The position numbers and the translations under genes are program-made. A DNA stretch of 64,000 nucleotides from Lama guanicoe (Eukaryota): positions 1 to 64,000 of the forward strand of contig MU054122.1 of the NCBI GenBank assembly GCA_013239625.1, written 5' to 3'. Of this stretch, positions 25,832-37,930 are shown piece by piece; position 1 is the stretch's first letter; each line of letters opens with the position of its first letter. Under the pieces are notes generated by a model, which was given only the letters and a program-made list of their open reading frames with translations, ran no database searches and was not told the DNA's origin.

Positions 25832-26659
25832 GAGTCCAATTTTTGTAAGATTAAGAGTTTTTGCAGGTACTTTACAAATCGCTGGAACTCAAGTCTGGAG
25901 GAACCCAGAGTCAGTTAACATGTAATCTGTGCCTTCAGTAAGAATCAACTTTGTGAACTGTAAGAATGCTCAGAACAGAAATGTGCTTTTCACGTGTCTC
26001 GTTGTTGCTGAGTTGTTTTATGATTTTGAAAATTTGTGATGGTTTAATGAATGAAATTGTAATTGTCATCTATCTGAGCTTGGGATGTACAGACTGACTG
26101 CTTTTCTAAACCTATTGGAATCACAGTGAGCAACAACTAAAACAGCCTTTTCTATTTTAGATTGGCATCTAATTCATACTTTTTCTAAGTATTTTTTTTT
26201 GTTTACTTGACATTTTTCTGGAAGAGAAAAATGTATAGTGGAGGATTAGTTTCAAGCATTAATCGAATATAGTCCCTCTAGAGAAATTAAATCAAGAATT
26301 TCTTTGGAAAGGTATTAGAATACGGAGAAAGTTCTGGGGAAAGAAATTTTAGCCTATTTCCCATTACAAATCTTTAAAAACTCCAAAAGAACTTTATCCT
26401 TTAGAGTTTAAAATGTAATTGAAATAATTCATCTGCCATGAGGAAGAATCCTAAGTGTGGTAAAGAATCCCCTAAAAGAGAACAAAAATTCTAGTCCACG
26501 TAAAGAAGGTAGTTAAGTTGCTGAGAACTATGTTCAGTGAGTTCCTACGGTGGGTTTTTGAACTCAACACCACTAATAGATTATATTTCCATTGGAAGCA
26601 GGAAAGTTGCTTTATGAGAAGTGTATACTAGAGTATATTCAATTGGTCATTGTCAAGCT

Positions 26660-26865
26660 CTAGATTCATGGTCTAGTCTTGCTCTACAATTTGCTTAGAA
26701 CATAAACTTGTGAAAATGACTTAACCTGCATAAGCTAAAATTTCTTCAGAAACTTGGCATCCTCGTGGCACTTATCTCATAAGGTTGGTGTGCTTAGCAA
26801 ATGAGACAAACCATGTCATAAGTTGAATGTGAGTCCTGGCCTATGGTAAGTGCCCCAAACATTAT
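26660..26865 (+). mobile_element. MIR SINE
   Basis: aaatgacttaacctgcataagct...tctcataaggttggtgtg...aaatgagac...cctggcctatggtaagtgcccca. Confidence 0.55.
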
Positions 26866-27558
26866 TCTAACTCTTGAGCAGAGGCAGAGAGAACCAACAT
26901 TGCTTCCAAAGAAACCACACCGGAAATAGCTTTTATAGAAAAAAATGTAATGGGTCTAGAGAACTTGAACTGACTCATGTAAAATATTTCTCAGAAATCA
27001 TCCTTGGCAGACCAGACAGGGAAGCAACCAATCAATGAATCATTTGGGAGGAGACAGATGCCCATTGTGGGCAGTGTGTTGCCATGACAGCTTGGTTTTG
27101 TGTGCACACGGAGGCCATTCCTGGCGCACGGGGTGCAGAGCCCAGCGCAGATGATACCGTGGGGGAGACTGGAAGCGCGGAGCACGTGTCTGGGTGGAGG
27201 GAGATCATGAGATGGGCTGCAGATCAGGGCAGGGCTGGTGGCAGACACGACATTGGGAAATCTGTCAAGGCTGTCCCGGGGAGTGGATCAGGGGGAGGCA
27301 GCGGGTCAGCAAAGTGGCTCTACCTGTGTTTTTTCCTGTTGCAGCCTCCTCCCTGCTTTCTGACTGGCCAGCCTGCAGCTCCAGACACTCCAGAGGAGTA
27401 AATTCTTGGACCATCTCTTCAGATTGTCCCTACCCCCTAAAAACAACTGTACCAGGATCTAGGGAGCTGTCTTGTTAGAACAGTTACTAAGAACATTGTT
27501 GCCCAAGTTTATACACAAATCTCCTGGGTAAACTTGGAACATGCAGAGTTTCCTTTAA

Positions 27559-28192
27559 ATCTGAAGGGCTTTGAAATGTTTCCAAAACAACAGGAGAAAT
27601 TGCCAAGCAAGATTCACAGAGTAGGGGAAAAGGCTCTCATTGTGGGTGACAAAAGCCTCGGTGAGTTAAAAAATAATTAAATTGTGGGAGGTAAATTACG
27701 CAAATGTTCAGGGGAAAGTGAAGAAGCAGAGCGTGGTGGCCTCTAGATGGCTCAGTGATGGCCCCAGGAGGTGGCCTCCTCCATTAGACACAGGGGCACA
27801 CACAGTGCTCCCAGGGTACAGAGGCACACATCTCCCCCAGCACAGGAAGAGCCACACGGCCATGCGCTGCCAGGAGATCTGAAGGGCTTTGAAATGTTTC
27901 CAAAACAACAGGAGAAATTTCCAAGCAAGATTCACAGAGTAGGGAAAAAGGCTCTCATTGTGGGTGACAAAAGCCTCGGTGAGTTAAAACATAATTAAAT
28001 TGTGGGAGGTAAATTACGCAAATGTTCAGGGAAAAGTGAAGAAGCAGAGCGTGGTGGCCTCTAGATGGCTCAGTGATGGCCCCAGGAGGTGGCCTCCTCC
28101 ATTAGACACAGGGGCACACACAGTGCTCCCAGGGTACAGAGGCACACATCTCCCCCAGCACAGGAAGAGCCACACGGCCATGCGCTGCCAGG
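27559..28192 (+). repeat. Tandem duplication, period 318 bp, 2 copies
   Basis: 27559..27874 versus 27877..28192 with 4 substitutions. Duplicated ORFs start at 27682 and 28000. Confidence 0.97.
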
Positions 28193-28469
28193 GCAGGGCA
28201 GGAAACATGAGGTGCCCGTCTAAAACTGAACAGTTACTCACAACGCTGGGCTTTGCATGAGACCCAGAAACCCACGGAAAGACCACATTCTAAGTTATTT
28301 GGTGTCACTCTGAATTAGAGGTTGGTCTCAAACACAGACCATCTAGTCTCCTTTCCACGAGGTGGCTAGTCACTGGCCCCTCTTAAGGGCGCATTGACAT
28401 TTATTTCTGCTTTCTACATATTACTTATTTTAGAAGCCACAAAAGCTAATTTGGGTTTTTTTTTTTCAA

Positions 28470-28865
28470 TCGTGGATGTGTGCAAAGATTTAACTACAAG
28501 ATGTTTATCTCAGTGGAAATTTGAAAAGATTCTATGGGTTTCACAACCAGAATCAGTGGCTGTATTGTGATGATGGAATAAACAATGTTGCAAAAGCTGT
28601 GGTATGGTAAGTAACAAGGAGGAACATTCACAAGACATTGTTACACATAAAAAAAAAAGTCACTGTAGACTAGTATGTACACAATGATTCCCTTCGAATA
28701 TTAAAATAAAATAAAAATATTGGGAGACTACAGGAAATAAATACCACCAAGGGTTAGTAGTAGTGATATAATTGGGGTTATTTTTATTTTATCAAGGTTT
28801 TTCTATACTTTCTAAATTGCCTGAAATGACCATACTCCTGTGTGATCAGATAAGTTTATTTTAAA
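28470..28865 (+). mobile_element. Old L1 3' end (L1ME-like)
   Basis: gtgtgcaaagatttaactacaagatgtttatc...agtatgtacacaatgattccc...ttttctatactttctaaatt. Confidence 0.55.
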
Positions 28866-30859
28866 AGTATTATCTTTGGGGACCTATTGAAGAGCTATGT
28901 CCCCAAGTCCCCATATCCCCAGAGCCGTGTACACTGATAATGTTTTTCCAGTCTCAGAATTCTATACCATTTTAGGTTCTCAGATACCCATCTAGTCCAC
29001 TAAAAATATTATGCTGTCTCCATAATCTTCTTAATGTATCTGAAGATTATCCATGAAAATTAGCCCATTAAAATGTTTTTATATAAGGTTATCTCTTCCA
29101 GCATTAATTTAAAACCATATGTTGCCCCCTTATGCTTCCTTTTTAATCATAACTAGGTTTTTATTATTAATTAGACTAATTCTTTATTAAAAAAAAAAAG
29201 AACTTCCTCAGATGTTTAGGGACTTAAAGAGCTCTCACAGACATAAGTTTTGATAGTCACTGATGGATCAGTAAGTACCTAATTCCCTCCCTAGTGGTAA
29301 GTGAAATGCTTTGAAAGCCAAGTATATTGCCCCCTGCGTGCAGGTGAACATTTAATTCCATGAACCGCAGCCTTCCCTCTGCCAACTCTACCGCAACTGG
29401 GAAGCACCAAACATTTTTTAAAAAATTACTCTGCCTCCTAAAAGCCTCACCATCTGCTACAGATGCACTGAGAAACAGGGAGGACTCTACAGCACAAAGA
29501 GAAATCCTAGCACCGTGGAAAGACCGGGACTGAGCGCGAGCGCTGCCAGGTAGACTCTTCCCCAACTTAGCAGGGAGAGAATTCACCTGCTCAATAAATA
29601 AGTAAATGGAAGAACTGAAGGGTAAAGATGTCATTTAAAAAAAAAAATTCTGAAGTGTTCCAAGTGGAAATCATCCCCATTTTTAAAAGCAACCAGTGTC
29701 ATTAACTGAAATCAGCAACAGTGATTCCTGAGTTTTGAATTTAGCATTTCTGGTCTACGTGTTCTCATTCATGACACGTACCTTTGGATGCTGGGAAAGG
29801 CCCTGCGTGCACTTGATGCACAGCGAGGTGAGGACCACCAGGAAAGGAAGGGTGGTTAGAGCAGTTTCAACTTTTGAGCTTCTAATGGAGTTTTTATTGG
29901 CTTCCGGGCAGCGTGGACATTATCTGTAGGTCTGATTATTATTCATCCTGATTCTGTTCTTCATGTTTGAGAGAATACTGAGAGGGGAAAACACACAGTT
30001 TCTTTCGAATCTGAGAGCAAAGCCTCTCTTTTGAAGGCTGGTGATTTTGCCTCATTAACTCAGGCAAATTAATGCAATCACATTGTGAGAGATGGTGGGA
30101 AAAGATCAGCATTTTTTTTTTTTTTGAGGAAAGGGATTTTGATCACATTGAGATACACATCTCTCTGTTTAATTTCTTGTAATTAAAAAAAATCACATTT
30201 TACTGGGGCAACTTTGGAGGGTTAAAATTCTTATAAAATGCTCTGGTTACACTTAATGACACGACAAAGTACTTGGCTTAACAGACCAATGGATACACTT
30301 CATTCTAAACTCCTTTGGAATCTGCTTCACGCTTTGTCCAATGCTAGATTCCTATCCAGCAGAGAGGCATCACCTGCATGATTTGGTGTACTGTTTTCAC
30401 TTTTTGTGTGTGGTTTTGAAGAGCTGTCCTTAGAATTGAAATAGCTCATCTCTGAATTCTAAGCACAAGGCCAGGCGTCCTAGAAGCAAACTTCCTCAGA
30501 CAGACAGTTCCAGGAAGCGGTGACTCATCTGCCCAGGAAGTGATTAAGGAGTTGCCATGACAATGAGAGTCAGCGCAGACTCGCTGCTGCTAAGACACCA
30601 TCTGCATCTCAGCTTCCCTCCAACCGGCAAATGCAAACGGGATTTTAATTCCCCCACTCTTAGATGCAGATACAGATCCTGTGGCTTTTGCAGGAAATCT
30701 GGGAAGCCAGGGAAAGGAAGCTCTTCTCTCCACACATGGGGCCAACCTGTGCTAATCACGCTGGGAAGGCTGTTTTGGAAACTGTAGCTTTTCACTTATT
30801 GTAAAATACTGTAGAGCAACAAACAATCTATCAACTTGTGTTTATGTTAAAAACTAATA

Positions 30860-32545
30860 AATAGTATTTATTAGCATGTGCTCTGTGCTGAGTGTTACTC
30901 TAAGCCCTTTCCACGTATCACCTAATTTAAAATTCCCAGCAGCTCTAAGAATGCAGATAGCACTGTTACCCCATTTCAGAGTTTTGGAAACTGAGGTAGG
31001 GAAAAGTTCAGGAATTCAACATTTTGAAAGGCATCAATTATTCAAGAAGACTTTTTCTTGTTTCCTTCATCGATACATTTTTTTAAATAAGAGTCATTAA
31101 ATTCAAAAAGGCAGCAAAGTCCTTATTCTTAACAGAGGATAACAAAAACGATCTTTTAAGTGACAGTGGTAATACCCAAAACTCCTGTTAGTCAATGTGA
31201 TTGACATTATCTTCTTTATATTTCTTAATAGAGCTTGGTGTAAAATAACTGGACTAAAATGCGGGCTTTACCATTTATCATGTATCCTTCGTGAGAAGTG
31301 TCAAAATGCATGAATGAAGTTGGCTGTAGACAGAAACCAAGAGGAATGTCTTAAGAAATGAACTGATAATTGTACCACAGCCTAAAGAATGCTCTCTATT
31401 TAGAGATTTTCTCTATACCTAACTAAGGGCTTCTCTCATTCAAGAGTAGTGCAAATAATGACATTTATGTAAGTGTTCACTATGTGCAAGTTTCTTTATA
31501 TATAAAACTCTTTTATGCTGATTATCCCATTTTACAGATGGGAAAAGTGAGCCATTTAGAAGTTAAGTAACTTGCTCAAGTTTCCTGGCTAGTTAGTGGT
31601 GGAGTCAGGGCTTACACCCAGAATATCTGGCTCCATATCTATCCTTATACTAAACTGAACAGGTGCCAAGACTACGGAACAAGAGGCATGTTCTACTCTG
31701 GAGCCTGAATGCCTGTGAGACATTCTCTAGTGAGCGAGGAACAGATGAGTGACTAAGTCTTTGTTTATTAACAGCATCCACAATAGTCTGCAGATAGAAG
31801 AGAGCTGGTTTAAGCAGTCTGAATTCTAGGGAATTCCCCAAGAACAACAGAACGAGCCACATCTGCAGTTCTTTCCAACTGTGGTTTATCGTTAAACCAC
31901 AAAATTTGGAAACTAAGGTGGCTGTTGCTGAGACTTGTAAAGGATCTGTTACATCTTCACGGGACGTGCAGTGATGTGCACTACATACACAAACATATGT
32001 GGACACTTGGCTTATCAGAGAGAATGTGAAGTCTTTAAAAGGATACAAGGAACGGAAGTCCTCCCAAGAGCTGGATGGTGGATTAAGGGAACTTGGAAAA
32101 GAAAGAGAAAAAACTCCAAACTTTCGGAGCCAAACAGACCAGGGCTGTGCCTGGGAGAGTAAGTCAGACCTCCGGAGTGAGGAGCGGCCACTCGTAACTG
32201 GCTCGTCCTGAGCAATGGAGATGGCATTTCCAATGGACGGAGGCTCCTGGAAGGGTGAGAAACACCATCCTGAAAGGTAGGAGGAGGAATCTGAATGGTC
32301 ACGTGGGAGTTATCCTCTCTGCAGAAGGTGCGTGGGGAACAGCAGTAAGCATTTCTTGAGTACTCAACAGTTGCCGGGTGTGTGGTTTGTTTTATTTAAT
32401 CTTATAACATCTAATGAGATAGTATTCCTTCCATTTAATACTTGAGGAAATTGAGGGTGCAAGAGGTCCATTCTGTGCCCAAGGTCACAGCTAGTGAGAA
32501 GTTCAAAGCCAAGTTCTGAACCCTGGTGGACTCCCGAGCCCACAC
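30860..32545 (-). mobile_element. Three separate MIR remnants (~30860-31010, ~31450-31640, ~32350-32545)
   Basis: Cores ccccatttcagagttttggaaactgagg; cccattttacagatgggaaaagtgag...aagtaacttgctcaag; gaggaaattgagg...cccaaggtcacagctagt. Confidence 0.7.
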
Positions 32546-33533
32546 TCCAGTGAGATAGACCTGAGCATGAAACTGGGGCCATCGCCTCCCAGCAGCGGGG
32601 GCCTGAAGTGAGCATTGTTGCTTATCTGAGGCCCTGTTCTCCTGTCTGTTACGTGAGGACAGAAACAGCTAACTGCTGGGCTATCCTGAAGATAAGAAGC
32701 CAAGGTGTCTCTCAGAGTGCCTAGCGCATAGTAGGCACTGAGTGTTGTAATTCTCAAAACAGACATCTGAGATGCGAAGCAGAACTTTCCAGTCTCTCAT
32801 GAACTTGGAAGTGTTGCTTATTTATATGAGAATAAAAATGAGAATTAAAAAAATAAAAAAAAACTTGGAAAACATCTCTAGAAGAATGTTTCCCTAAGAA
32901 TGTTCTCTGGAAAACAAATGCCCAACAGATGTTAGTTAGAATTCCGAGCAAAGGCTGATCTATCTGGAATGTCACCTTTGGCACTGTCCTGAGTGCTTCC
33001 TCCCGAGGGGGCCCCCTCTATCTCTCCTGGCTGCTGCCCTCGCCTGCAGCTGTCAGCCCGCAGCCTGATGTCTTTCTGTCTTCACTGTGGAACCACCCCT
33101 GCCGCATCCACTGTTCACCCAGTTTTGTTGACTTCGCCTCCTAAGTGCTCCCAGGTTCTCCTGTCACACCCGCCCTCCTCGGCATCGTGGAGATCTGGCC
33201 GTCTCTCTCTTGGGGCTGCAGCAGCCTCTTATTGGCTCTCACAGTTCCTCTTCCCTCCCTCCAATTTATTCTTGAAGCCAGAGCGTTTCAAAGTGCCCAA
33301 GCCGAGCATGCGCCTCCTCTGCTCACACTCTTGAAAGATCTCTGCTGCTGCTCTCAGGAGGTCACTGAAACTCTGCACACAGCCACAGGGCTCCACCTTG
33401 CAGGCCCCTGCCCTCCTGGGAGCCTCCACTCAGCTTGGCCACTCTGTCCCCTTCCCCCTCTGCCAGGGATGCTCCCCTTGACCCGACTGGAGCCTGGCCC
33501 CTCCCAGCCTTCCTTTCAATTAAGCCTCAAACT

Positions 33534-34203
33534 TGGTCTATAAAAAATGCAGAGTTTCAGCACAAATGATTTCATCCACTTATTCCCCCCCAAATTAAAA
33601 GACTTTAACAAACACTAACATAGTTTCTAACAGCTCAAGGTCACCTCCCTAGGATGACCCCAGCCATCCTTAAAGAGCCTGCCTGAGAAAGCTAAGGCTG
33701 CCTAAAGGATTTACTGTTTGTTCCAGCCAACACGGAGGATAGGACAATGGCTGCCCTTTTTCAGAGCGTTTACTTAAGAAGGGCTTACAATTGTGAATCC
33801 TCCTCCTGTCCTTTCGAGATGTAGCTGTATCTCCTGCAAATCACGAGTGCCTTTTTCCAGGATCTGGAAAAACATTCCTTTGAAAAGAAACCACAGGAGG
33901 GACAGGGCCCCTGTCTCCCAGTCTCTGTGGGAGCAGAGCAGCCTCACTTCCATCGCTGCCGGAGAACAGACACGGCTGGCTGCCTGGTCACACTCACACT
34001 GACCAACCCTTGGTCATTCTGCACTTCCCTGACTCTGCTCGAGTCCCCTGGTCCCCTCCTGACTCCCTCGTCCTCCCTTTAAAACACCCAGTCATCTCTG
34101 TACAAACTGAAATTGAGCTCAGCTCATGCTGGATCTCCTTCCACATCACGGGAAAGCCCGTCCTTTCCCGTTTAACTAGTGTCTGGTTTTGTTTCTCTTT
34201 GAC
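33534..34203 (+). mobile_element. ERV1 solo LTR (MER39-like) inserted in an L2 spanning ~32990-34512
   Basis: tttgttccagccaacac...gggcccctgtctcccagtctctgtggga...cacttccctgactctgct...ccctttaaaacacccagtcatctctgtacaaa...tttctctttgac. The L2 tail tgaatgaatggataaatgaatgaa lies at ~34490-34512. Confidence 0.7.
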
Positions 34204-34671
34204 GGGTCCTCAAACAACTTCCCCTAGTGAAACCTCCAGCTTTTTATACCTTGCTCAGTGAGCTGTCCCCAGGGATGCCCTCCCTGACCCACGCATGAGC
34301 CCCGTCCTCCTGTTCCGTGTCTTTGGAGCCCCCAGTAAGGTTCCCTGACAGCACTGAACACAGATTGTAACTAAATTTGTTTTGTGTGATACACTGATGA
34401 AGATCTGTCTCCTCCAAGAAGACAAGGAAAACTGATGCTAAAAAGGTTATATTTCCATAGCCTATGAGTTTCAAATCTATTTGGATGACTGAATGAATGG
34501 ATAAATGAATGAACAGTGCATACTTAGGGTGTAATAGCTTGAGGAAGTACTACAGTAAAAACAGAAGAAAACAACAGACCCTATTTAATTGTGTTTGAAT
34601 CGGCATTTCCCAAATTTATTAGAACTCAGGTCTCTATTTGTGAAACATCTATCAACAGGCGTGGCAAGGGG

Positions 34672-34721
34672 GAGCCAAGTGGTTTCCGCAAATCAAGAGC
34701 CAAGTGGTTTCCGCAAATCAA
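34672..34721 (+). repeat. Perfect 25-bp tandem duplication
   Basis: gagccaagtggtttccgcaaatcaa, two copies. Confidence 0.95.
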
Positions 34722-35484
34722 CTTCCCCTTTGTCTGGTTCCTGAATCACCAGGTGGAAGGCAAGGGAACACCTGCACTGTTCTCTAACGTGACTGGGAGG
34801 CAAACTCGGATAGCACTAAGCATCCGAGGATTTCCGAGTTCTCCGTACCAACAGCCAGCATTGCCTTCACTCAACAGCACTTGGGCCTGATGGTTCATAG
34901 CTGCAGTTACGGAAAATGCTGCTCAGGCCGCAGACTTAGAAAACATGGGTGTCAGGCTGGCAGATTCAGGGGCATTACTGATGTTTTCATCCAGTTTTTT
35001 CATTCGAAGCACACTGTTTTGTAACTGAACGGACATGGAAGTGCAATAGACAATGATATAAACATCTGGTGAACAGGATGACGTCAGACACAGGATTTGG
35101 CAAGAGATGAAGTGCTGCTTATGAAGACCAGAGGGGAAAATGCATTTGACAGCAGTCACTGACATAACGTAAGTGGGAGGGGGAGGCATGAGGAAGGGAT
35201 GAAAGGATGTGATGCGGGAGGATAGTGGCGAAGCTGCCAGATAAAGAAGGGGGCGGAGAAAGTTTGGAATCCGAATTCAAAAACTGTAACGCAAATCTGA
35301 CATTTTTACTTAATGAGATCAATGTAATAATACCACGAAGCCTTGGGGAGACAAAGTATGCAATTCAGCTGTGGCAATGGAAAAGGAAGGCCTGTGGAAA
35401 GAGAAACAGGCAATGGCACGCAAAGATATATGTTAAGAAGACACTTATTTATATATAAATGTATTCTCTATATATACAATATAT

Positions 35485-35600
35485 ATAAAGAATATGAAAA
35501 TGAATATACGTATGTTCCTATACGACTGAAGCATTGTGCTGTACACCAGAAACTGACACAACACTGTAAACTGACTATACTTCAATGAAAAAAACAAATA
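35485..35600 (+). mobile_element. Short L1 3' tail (camelid-like)
   Basis: aaagaatatgaaaatgaatatacgtatgttc...gactgaagcattgtgctgtacaccagaaactgacacaacactgtaaactgactatacttcaat. Confidence 0.8.
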
Positions 35601-35719
35601 TATGTATATATAAAGCAGATACCTATTAAAATAGTTACAACTCCCCCGGAGAGAGCTTTGAAGTGAGGATAAAACGTGCTATCACGACGGACGTGGGCCG
35701 AGACAGTGGCCTCAGGTGC

Positions 35720-35845
35720 GGAGCTAAGGCTTCTGGGGGCAACCCCAGGGATTCTGACTGAGTAGGTCTGGGGTGGGGCTACAAACATACTTTTCTAACA
35801 AGATCCCCAGATGATTTTGGAACCCAGCCAGATTTAGAAGCCAGT
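35720..35845. mobile_element. MER5-like fragment
   Basis: gattctgactgagtaggtctggggtggggc...tttctaacaagatccccagatgatt. Confidence 0.6.
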
Positions 35846-35989
35846 TATAGGGGCTTTATCCTCCACCATCAGCTTCTTCCTCAGTAGAAACTTTATTTAT
35901 TAACTTTTTTTTTTACAAAGGAAACGTATCAACACTAGTGGAACAAAAAGACACACAGGAGTAGCAATGGGCAGGTGTCCACCTGGACA

Positions 35990-37680
35990 TCACTTATGTA
36001 CCTTGTTCTGAAAAAAGCGTGGCATCTGCTGAGCTCTTAGGATGCTCTCCTCTGTCAGAAAGTACAGTGTTTCTTAGAGTAACGGCTCTTTCCCCGAGGA
36101 GAAGTGCTCTTATGGACTAATTCTGACCAGCAAAGAAATGGCTGTTAACGAAACATTAGGAGAGAGTGACCAATTTCCCTCGAACCTGGGCTGAAAGGAC
36201 CCATCGGTCACAGGCTGGAGGTTTCAGGGAGTGAGAATTTAAGGGGAGACATGAGCCCATGAACCAGCTAAATTAAAAAAATTAAAAATAAATGAAAGAA
36301 TAAAGAAGACAATTTTTAAAAAGGAAAGGGAATTCAAGGAAAATGATAAACTCTAAAAAACTGAAATTAGGTCCATAAAGTCAGGAATAACTGGGGGAGA
36401 GGGGCAATAAAAGAGGAGACCTCTGACGAACTTAATCTAAGGAAAAAAAGGGAAAAAAAACCCATGGAGCTAGCCAGGAGCTTTCTGACCATTTTGTGAG
36501 CATGTACACAAGTGAGCGAAACTTTGGAATACAGCGCAGTTAGAAAAAATGTCTACTTTTTAAAGCTATGATTGGGGAAAAAAAGAAAGGTGAAAACGTG
36601 GGCTGGGCCAAGGCTTGCAGAAGATGGTGTAATGCGATGAAGGTGAAGTAGACACAGGCTTCGTATGATTTTGAAACTAGAAGAAATGATGAAATTCAGT
36701 TTAGAAGATAAGACGGTCAGTTCCCATAAGTGAATTTTTCCAGGCTTCAGTGAATTACACCCTAAAATCCAGACAGGTTCGGTGACCACAGAACTAATTT
36801 TGTGATCTTGCTCACTTCATGGATAATTCAAAACACTGCTTCAGCAGGCCCACAGAACCCATGCCCCTGCTCGAAGGTTCCACCCAGACGTGAGCTGTGA
36901 GCAACGCTGGCCAGAGGGCGGGGCCTCACTGCTCCCGGTCAGAGCTGGTCACACTGCCTGGAGGCCACACTCTCCCAGGCAGGCTAGATCCAGGCCTTGT
37001 TGTCCAACTCAAAAAGATGAGCCACCTGTGATCGTACTTTGTCACCAAAGGAAAGTCCAGTTGGTTGTAAACGCTTGAGGAACAAGTCATGGCTGGGGTG
37101 GCCACAATGAAGCCAGAACTGTGAGGCTGCAGGAGCTCACGGGATGGTTTCAGGGAGAGAAATGGGGATGGAGGACTCGTGCGTGGGGAGACACAACAAA
37201 GCTGGAAGGAAGGAGAAAGGGGGGAGACCCCACTGGGCTGCCCTGGCTCCTGACCTCTCCTGCTTTTCAGTCTATCCCGTGGGTCATGAGCTTCTTACTT
37301 TCCCAGCATAACAGCCCTTTCCCAAACGCTGACCTTCCCTACAGGGCTAGTCCGAGTGGGTACCTGCAACCAAGGGTAAAAGGCAGAAGAAGGAAAACAG
37401 GACTGCCAGCGGTCAGAAGGGGAAATGTTTCAGCCTCCGAAGTGTGGGAAAGATTATTCTGGCATCTCACAGATGAGTAAGGTTGCTGGTAATTTTGGGA
37501 AAATTTTTCAATTGGACACTAAACATTAGTTGTCAGTATGCAGCAAAGACACCATAAATGGCCCCTGTACATCTATGAAAAAGCCAGGCTAACATAGCAT
37601 GAATTTCTCTTTGTGATGCTGTCACTAGAGTGGTCCATCTGAGGGCTCCATGGAAGCTCCCTCTTGTTACCTCTGAGAGT
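35990..37680 (+). mobile_element. Possible highly decayed L3/CR1 LINE remnants
   Basis: ggactaattctgaccagcaaagaa and tttttaaagctatg resemble CR1 ORF2 segments as I recall them; weak match. Confidence 0.35.
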
Positions 37681-37704
37681 GACAGACAATTAAGAAAGAG
37701 GCAC

Positions 37705-37930
37705 ATACAGAGAGTGTGTGCAGTGTCGTGGCTACGGGTGCCAACCTGGAGCCCCAGGGCCTGGTGGAAAGCCTGGCTTTGCTACCTATAATCATTGTGA
37801 CTATGGACAGCCTGCCATTGTCTCAATCTTCTCACCTGTCAAATGGGACAACGGTGTCCCCTACATTGCAGGGCTGCTGTGAGAACTACCCAGAGAACAA
37901 TAAGTGTTTGATTAAATACCAGCTACTATT
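37705..37930 (+). mobile_element. MIR SINE
   Basis: tctcaatcttctcacctgtcaaatgggacaacggtgtcccctacattgcagggctgctgtgag. Confidence 0.65.

Noticed and set aside
27559..28192. Repeated ORFs suggesting a gene pair or CRISPR-like array
   Set aside because: Simple two-copy tandem duplication in mammalian DNA; no repeat-spacer structure and no cas genes.
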